The notes beneath the pieces were generated by a model. It ran no database searches and was not told the origin of the DNA. It was given only the letters and a program-made list of their open reading frames with translations. Positions 43,007 to 48,130 of a stretch of 48,130 nt of DNA are shown in pieces (positions within the stretch are counted from its first letter, which is position 1; each line of letters starts with the position of its first letter). Source of the stretch: Candidatus Methanovirga aequatorialis (GTDB lineage: Archaea > Methanobacteriota > Methanobacteria > Methanobacteriales > Methanobacteriaceae); contig JAITEE010000148.1 in assembly GCA_031282205.1 (NCBI GenBank), positions 1 through 48,130 on the forward strand, in the 5' to 3' direction. The position numbers and the translations under genes are program-made.

Positions 43007-44665
43007 GTGATATGTTTGATTAAACTTATAGCGTTCGATTTAGATAATGTTATTATTGATGGTGAAGCCATAGATGAGATAGGAAAATTAGTTAATGTTC
43101 AAGATGAAATTGCAAAAATCACTGAAGAAGCAATGAATGGTGATTTAGACTTTGAAACTTCTATAAAAAAGAGAGCTGAACTTTTAGCTGGAGCGTCTGT
43201 AAAAGATATTAAAAAACTTGGTGAAGATATAAAGCTTATGAAAGGAGCCGAAGAGACCATAAAAGTTTTAAAAGATAAAGGCTATCTAATAGCTATTATC
43301 AGTGGTAGTTTTGATTTAATAGCAAACCCTTTAAAAGAAAAACTTAATATTGGTTTCCTGTTTACAAATTCATTAGTTGAAGATGATGAGGGAAAATTAA
43401 CTGGTGAGGTTACAGGATCACTAGTCAAAGACAGTAAAGCAGATGTTCTTAAAAGGCTTATAGAAGAAAACAACATCCTATTAGATGAGTGTGTAGCCAT
43501 TGGTGATGGGGCAAATGACATATCCATGCTCAAAGCAAGTGGGTTAAGCATTGCCTTTAATGCAAAACCATCTGTTAAAGAAATAGCCGACGTTGTCATT
43601 GAAGATAAGGATCTAACTAAAATTTTAGATGTTATAGAGGTGCAAAAATCCAATGAAGGTAAAGGAGAAGCTATTAAAGAAACACCAGAAAAAGAACAAG
43701 ATCCTGAGGAAAAATCTGTCAACGTTTCCACACTCCCTAATGAAGAAGAAAAACATGATAAGGAAGGATCTGATGAAAAATCTAAGAATTTTAAAAAGAA
43801 ACCCAAAAGAAAAAAACTCCCTAAAACAGATTTTGTTCCAGCTAACGATTTTTTAGAAGTACTAAATCAAAAAAACGAACATGAACGCATTATAATTGAA
43901 ATAGCTGATGTAAGAGATGAATACAACAAAATTTCTAAAGAACAAAGATTACTTAGAGACAAACTTAACGATGAATTAAAAGAAAATCTTAAATTGGCAG
44001 GTGAGTTTAGAGATAATCGTAATAAAACCAATGAAGAAGTCGAAAAATATAAAAAATTTCGTAACAAAGTAAACAATGAAATTAAAAAACTTGAGTTCTC
44101 TTCTGGTAAAAAAGATATAATGGATCTTGAAAAGGAAATAGAAAAAATAGATAAAATTGTTGAAACAAATGTTTTAGATATTAAAAAGGAAAATCAGCTT
44201 GTTAAAAAAGCTAATGATCTAAGAAAACAAATTAACGAGTTTAAAGAAGATGAAAAAGTTAAAATATTAGTTGATAAACTTAAAAAAGAATCTGAAGAAC
44301 ATCACAGTAAAGTTGTTGAGTTATCAGAAAAGGCTCAAGAGTTCCATGACAAAATGGTCGATTGTTTCAAAAAAACTAATGATATTAGAAACAAAGCTGA
44401 TGAAGCACATAAGTTATTTATTAAATCAAGAAATGACGCTTCAGCCAAACATGAAGACTTCAAAATGGTTTTAAGTGAAATTCATCTCATTAACAGTAAA
44501 CTGAACAGCTTCCGTGGCAAAAGAAAAAATATGACCAATGAATCAACAATTAAACAAAATAAGGAAGAGAAAGAAAAAGCTGAAAATATCTTTGAAAGAT
44601 TTAAAAAAGGTAAAAAACTCAGTACTGATGAGCTTTTACTTTTACAAAGACATAACATTTGTTAA
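43007..44665 (+). CDS. serB: phosphoserine phosphatase (HAD, SerB-like) fused to a Lys/Glu-rich linker and a ~290-aa coiled-coil domain
   Basis: FDLDNV (DxD motif), SGSF and GDGANDISM HAD motifs in the first ~215 aa, followed by heptad-like K/E-rich sequence to the end. The start is GTG at 43007 or TTG at 43016. Confidence 0.75.
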   Translation: MICLIKLIAFDLDNVIIDGEAIDEIGKLVNVQDEIAKITEEAMNGDLDFETSIKKRAELLAGASVKDIKKLGEDIKLMKGAEETIKVLKDKGYLIAIISGSFDLIANPLKEKLNIGFLFTNSLVEDDEGKLTGEVTGSLVKDSKADVLKRLIEENNILLDECVAIGDGANDISMLKASGLSIAFNAKPSVKEIADVVIEDKDLTKILDVIEVQKSNEGKGEAIKETPEKEQDPEEKSVNVSTLPNEEEKHDKEGSDEKSKNFKKKPKRKKLPKTDFVPANDFLEVLNQKNEHERIIIEIADVRDEYNKISKEQRLLRDKLNDELKENLKLAGEFRDNRNKTNEEVEKYKKFRNKVNNEIKKLEFSSGKKDIMDLEKEIEKIDKIVETNVLDIKKENQLVKKANDLRKQINEFKEDEKVKILVDKLKKESEEHHSKVVELSEKAQEFHDKMVDCFKKTNDIRNKADEAHKLFIKSRNDASAKHEDFKMVLSEIHLINSKLNSFRGKRKNMTNESTIKQNKEEKEKAENIFERFKKGKKLSTDELLLLQRHNIC

Positions 44666-44870
44666 AATTTGAATAATTATTCATGTAGGGCTTAATTAAA
44701 AATACTGGTTCCAGTTTAAGATATTGAAGTCTGGATCAATGTTTTAAATTTTTAATTCAAAATAGGCAACCACAGATACATATTGCTTTAAATAGCATTA
44801 AAGCCTCCATTTAAATCTTTACAATATTATTTAAATTAAATGAATAGGATACCATAAGACGAGGCTAAAA

Positions 44871-45068
44871 ATGGAAAATGAAGAGATCAGTAACAAAAGT
44901 TCAAGTCAAAAAGCAATCAAATTGGAGACGTGTTATCTCTGTAATCAAAAATTTGATGTTAACAAAGATGACAATAATCACTATCACTATGGGAAATATC
45001 CTATGTGTGCTAACTGTAGTGAAGCTTATGGATTCTTTAGTAATAAAACCAGTATAACATCATGTTAA
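44871..45068 (+). CDS. small Cys-rich (zinc-ribbon-like) protein
   Basis: CYLCNQ...CANC pairs in a 65-aa ORF. Confidence 0.4.
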   Translation: MENEEISNKSSSQKAIKLETCYLCNQKFDVNKDDNNHYHYGKYPMCANCSEAYGFFSNKTSITSC

Positions 45069-45189
45069 GAGTAAAAAGTGTTTATAAAATGAAATATTAA
45101 ATTTTAAACTAAACATGATTATAGTGAATTGCAAAATTAAATTTTTATTATTTTTAAAATGCTTTATTTTTTATAATTTATTTACTAAA

Positions 45190-45212
45190 ACGAAGAATAA
45201 ATTCTTCTAAAT
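45190..45212. repeat. hairpin element (gaagaat-aa-attcttc); an inverted copy lies at 47718-47740
   Basis: The reverse complement atttagaagaatttattcttcgt matches atttagaagaatttattctccat at 21 of 23 positions, with the first 19 identical. Confidence 0.75.
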
Positions 45213-45255
45213 TCACTTTGTGAATAATATCAAGGATTACTAATTTAAATTAAAT

Positions 45256-45351
45256 TTAAAATGAACTTTTAATAAAAATTATCATGGCAAAATTCCAAAT
45301 CTTAAATTAAAAAAAATATTAGATCAATATAAATAATTTTACAAAACACTA
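45256..45351. repeat. Copy B of the ~96-nt direct repeat (partner at 1-97)
   Basis: See the copy A entry. Confidence 0.85.
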
Positions 45352-45471
45352 TAAAAGGTTGAATAACGCAATGATCTCAAATAGGATGTTGCATATTAAA
45401 AAGGGTTTATTTGTCATTATAATGCTAAATACAACAATTATATTTAAAATTTATAGACAACGGGATATAAA

Positions 45472-47631
45472 ATGAAGGAAGTGATCATTTGCGAAAAGCC
45501 AAGTTCATCAGAAAAAATAGCTAAGGCTTTATCGTCAAAAGCAAAAAAGAAAAAATACCAGAAAAAAGTAAATTATTGGGAAATTGAAGAAGATGATAAA
45601 AAAATTAGGATTTTAACAGCTGTTGGACACCTTTATTCATTAACACCTAAAAACACAAGAGAAAAAATTTTCTTTGATTTAAAATGGGTTCCCCTGTATG
45701 ACACCGACAAAAACAAAAAATATGTTAAGGAGTATATCAATGCAATTGAAAAGTTTGCTAAAGGTGCAGACAGGTACATCCATGCATGTGATTATGATAT
45801 TGAAGGAACTTTAATTGGATTTAATGCCCTTAAATATGGTTGTGGTAGTGATGCTCTTAATAAGGTTCAACGTATGAAATTTTCCACCTTAACAAAAAAA
45901 GACATCAAAGAAAGTTACGAAAACATGATAGAGTTAGATATCAATCAAGTTAATAGTGGAATAGCAAGGCATGTTTTAGATTTTATATTTGGAGTTAATA
46001 TCTCTAAAGCGTTGATGAAATCTGTTAGTAATGTCAAATCTAGATATTTAACTTTATCTGCTGGAAGAGTTCAAACCCCAACCTTATCTATTTTAGTCGA
46101 TAGAGAAAAAGAGATTCAAGCCTTTATCCCAGAACCATACTGGTTAATAAAAGCACTGTTAGATCATGATATCGTAGCAGACTATTCTAAAGGAAAAATA
46201 TTTGATAAAAAACACGGAGAAGAAGTATTGGCGAATTCTAAGAAAGATAGTTATGCCACTGTTAACAACGTGAAAATATCAAAAACAAAGAAAAAACTAC
46301 CTATTCCATTTAATTTAGGAGGATTACAATCTGAAGCATATAGTGTTTTTGGTTTTAGTCCTAAAAGAACACAAGTCGCAGCACAAAAACTTTATACTGG
46401 AGGATTTACATCTTACCCCCGTACATCATCTCAAAAACTTCCAGAATCGTTAAATTTGCCAGATATCCTTAAACAACTTTCTAAAAACTCTAAGTATAAA
46501 GAACATATCTCAAAGTTACCTAAAAAATTAAAACCAAATGAAGGTAAAAAAACTGATGCTGCTCACCCTGCAATTCACCCCACAGGAATTTTACCAACGA
46601 AATTAGATAAAGACGAACTTAAAATATACAACCTCGTTGTTTACAGATTTATTAGTCTCTTTGGAGAAGACGCTGAAATTGAAAGTATGAAGGCCAACTT
46701 AGATATCGGTGGGGAGGATTTCATGTTCAAAAGAAAAAGAACATCATTTTTAGGTTGGTTAGAACATTACCCCTATTCTAAAATTGAAAATGATGAATTT
46801 CCAGATATCAAGAAAGGAAATAAAATCAAGGTTAATAAAATAAAATCTGAAGAGAAAGAAACAAAGCCTCCTGGAAGATATAATGAGGCATCACTCGTTA
46901 AAGAACTTGAAAAAAGAGAATTAGGAACTAAGGCAACACGTGCAGATATTATTGCTAAACTTTATGATAGAGAGTATATTTCGGGTAAAAAGATTGAGGT
47001 CAATCAGCTTGGAGAGAATATTATTGATACTCTTAAAGAATACAGCGAAAATATAACCAGCGAAGAATTAACACGATCTTTTGAAAAAGATTTGGATGGG
47101 ATAATGAATGAAAAAACAACTAAGGACAAAGTTATTGGTAATGCAAAAGATGAAGTTCTCTCCATTCTAAAAGATATTGAAAAAAATGAGAAAGAAATTG
47201 GTAATGGGCTTTATAATGCATACCAACAAAGCAGAATAGTCGGAAAGTGTAGTTGTGGAGGAGACTTAGCAATAAAATATTCTCCAAGAAATAAAAGTAC
47301 CTTTGTTGGTTGCTCAAAATTCCCTGATTGTAAAACAGCCTATCCTTTACCTCGTGGAGCAAACGTTTTAAAGTCTAAGTGTGAAAAATGTGATTTACCT
47401 ATGATTTCCTATGGAAGGCCAGCCAAAAGGTTTTGCTTAGATCCTAAATGTGGAAAGCCAGCTGAAAATTATATTCCTAAAGTTGTTGGTAAATGTCCTG
47501 AATGTGGTAACGAGTTAATACAGCGTTCAGGAAGATATGGAGAATTTATTGGTTGTTTAGGTTTTCCAAAATGCAAATTTACATCATCAATCGATGATTT
47601 AGAATCCAATGAGTCAAAAGAAAAAACCTAA
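45472..47631 (+). CDS. topA: type IA DNA topoisomerase (topoisomerase I) with C-terminal zinc ribbons
   Basis: Toprim N-terminus (VIICEKPS), DYDIEG, the catalytic Tyr context [10 protein letters not shown], and three or four C4 zinc-ribbon repeats at the C-terminus. Confidence 0.9.
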   Translation: MKEVIICEKPSSSEKIAKALSSKAKKKKYQKKVNYWEIEEDDKKIRILTAVGHLYSLTPKNTREKIFFDLKWVPLYDTDKNKKYVKEYINAIEKFAKGADRYIHACDYDIEGTLIGFNALKYGCGSDALNKVQRMKFSTLTKKDIKESYENMIELDINQVNSGIARHVLDFIFGVNISKALMKSVSNVKSRYLTLSAGRVQTPTLSILVDREKEIQAFIPEPYWLIKALLDHDIVADYSKGKIFDKKHGEEVLANSKKDSYATVNNVKISKTKKKLPIPFNLGGLQSEAYSVFGFSPKRTQVAAQKLYTGGFTSYPRTSSQKLPESLNLPDILKQLSKNSKYKEHISKLPKKLKPNEGKKTDAAHPAIHPTGILPTKLDKDELKIYNLVVYRFISLFGEDAEIESMKANLDIGGEDFMFKRKRTSFLGWLEHYPYSKIENDEFPDIKKGNKIKVNKIKSEEKETKPPGRYNEASLVKELEKRELGTKATRADIIAKLYDREYISGKKIEVNQLGENIIDTLKEYSENITSEELTRSFEKDLDGIMNEKTTKDKVIGNAKDEVLSILKDIEKNEKEIGNGLYNAYQQSRIVGKCSCGGDLAIKYSPRNKSTFVGCSKFPDCKTAYPLPRGANVLKSKCEKCDLPMISYGRPAKRFCLDPKCGKPAENYIPKVVGKCPECGNELIQRSGRYGEFIGCLGFPKCKFTSSIDDLESNESKEKT

Positions 47632-47717
47632 CAAAATTATGGTGTTTTTAGTATTTCGTGAACCAATTCTTTCAAGTTAAAACTAAATTAGAACTCTACT
47701 ATATACTACCAGAGACG

Positions 47718-47740
47718 ATTTAGAAGAATTTATTCTCCAT
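47718..47740. repeat. inverted copy of the 45190-45212 hairpin element, 87 nt after the topA stop
   Basis: See 45190-45212. Confidence 0.75.
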
Positions 47741-48130
47741 CTCTTCAGTTTTATAAATTAAAAATGTTTATTTTAGTAAGATACTCATAAACAATTTTCA
47801 TTTAACAAAATAGACTATAATGAATTTGATAAGGTTCTTAAAAAATGAATTCTTTAAAATCGTATTCAATCAATATGATTCTTTTATAATATAAAATAAC
47901 TATTTTTAATTAATAAAATTTTAAAATAAATATTTTTATAGTATTAAAACTAAAAATAAAGAAAAAACAAGTTTTTTCTAACTTAAAATAAATTTTAACT
48001 ATAGTGTATTGAATAACGTTTGTAAGTAATAAAATTTTTAATAATTTATTACAAATATTAAATTTTTAATTAAAGAAATTATAATTAATATTTTTAAAAA
48101 TAAAAGTATTTTAACAGTTATTTTAATAAT

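Noticed and set aside
42421-43071. 216-aa minus-strand ORF covering the whole tbp gene
   Set aside because: It is an antisense shadow of a highly recognisable TBP gene. Its sequence is low-complexity Ser/Leu/Asn-rich with no motif. The same reasoning applies to 19039-19428 (antisense to GGR), 21480-22073 (antisense to the SpoIIM-like gene), 43282-43806, 24904-25377, 6295-6624 and the other short nested ORFs in the track.
45371-45475. 34-codon upstream ORF ([34 protein letters not shown]) whose TGA overlaps the topA ATG
   Set aside because: It is short, has no obvious ribosome-binding site, and lies in AT-rich DNA where such ORFs arise by chance. The ATGA overlap is suggestive but insufficient. 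It would need Ribo-seq data.

Overview
Very AT-rich archaeal chromosome segment. It comes from a methanogen, most likely Methanobacteriales (Methanosphaera or Methanobrevibacter type). Supporting genes are comB (coenzyme M), AqpM-type aquaporin, geranylgeranyl reductase with its ferredoxin, cyclic 2,3-diphosphoglycerate synthetase, purP, TBP and archaeal-type tRNAs. Most of the window is housekeeping: gatB, lysC-dapA, argG, tyrA, purP, the bacterial-type grpE-dnaK-dnaJ chaperone locus, tbp and topA. Non-ORF features I could read directly are an RNase P RNA followed by six minus-strand tRNAs (iMet, His, Leu, Glu, Ile2/Met-CAT, Asn), a decayed 1.24-kb IS element with terminal inverted repeats and an 8-bp target duplication, and several repeat families. 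I did not find a convincing intact novel multi-gene system such as a defence island, CRISPR array or prophage. The items most worth a second look are: (1) a type II restriction-modification cassette (15.1-17.4 kb) broken by three frameshifts, two of them in homopolymer runs; (2) a triplicated 45-nt module derived from the 3' end of a LUD/Fe-S gene, wrapped around a 163-bp inverted-repeat-bounded insert (36.9-37.2 kb); (3) a ~96-nt direct repeat at the window start and again upstream of topA, plus a 23-nt hairpin element flanking topA in inverted orientation; (4) unusual fusions and motifs: SerB fused to a coiled-coil domain right after tbp, a CBS-ParB fusion, and a radical-SAM protein with CX4CX2C spacing. 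All product calls come from motif recognition by eye; no database search was possible. Several genes appear to use TTG or GTG starts behind strong GGTGA-type ribosome-binding sites (argG, tbp, the CYTH gene).
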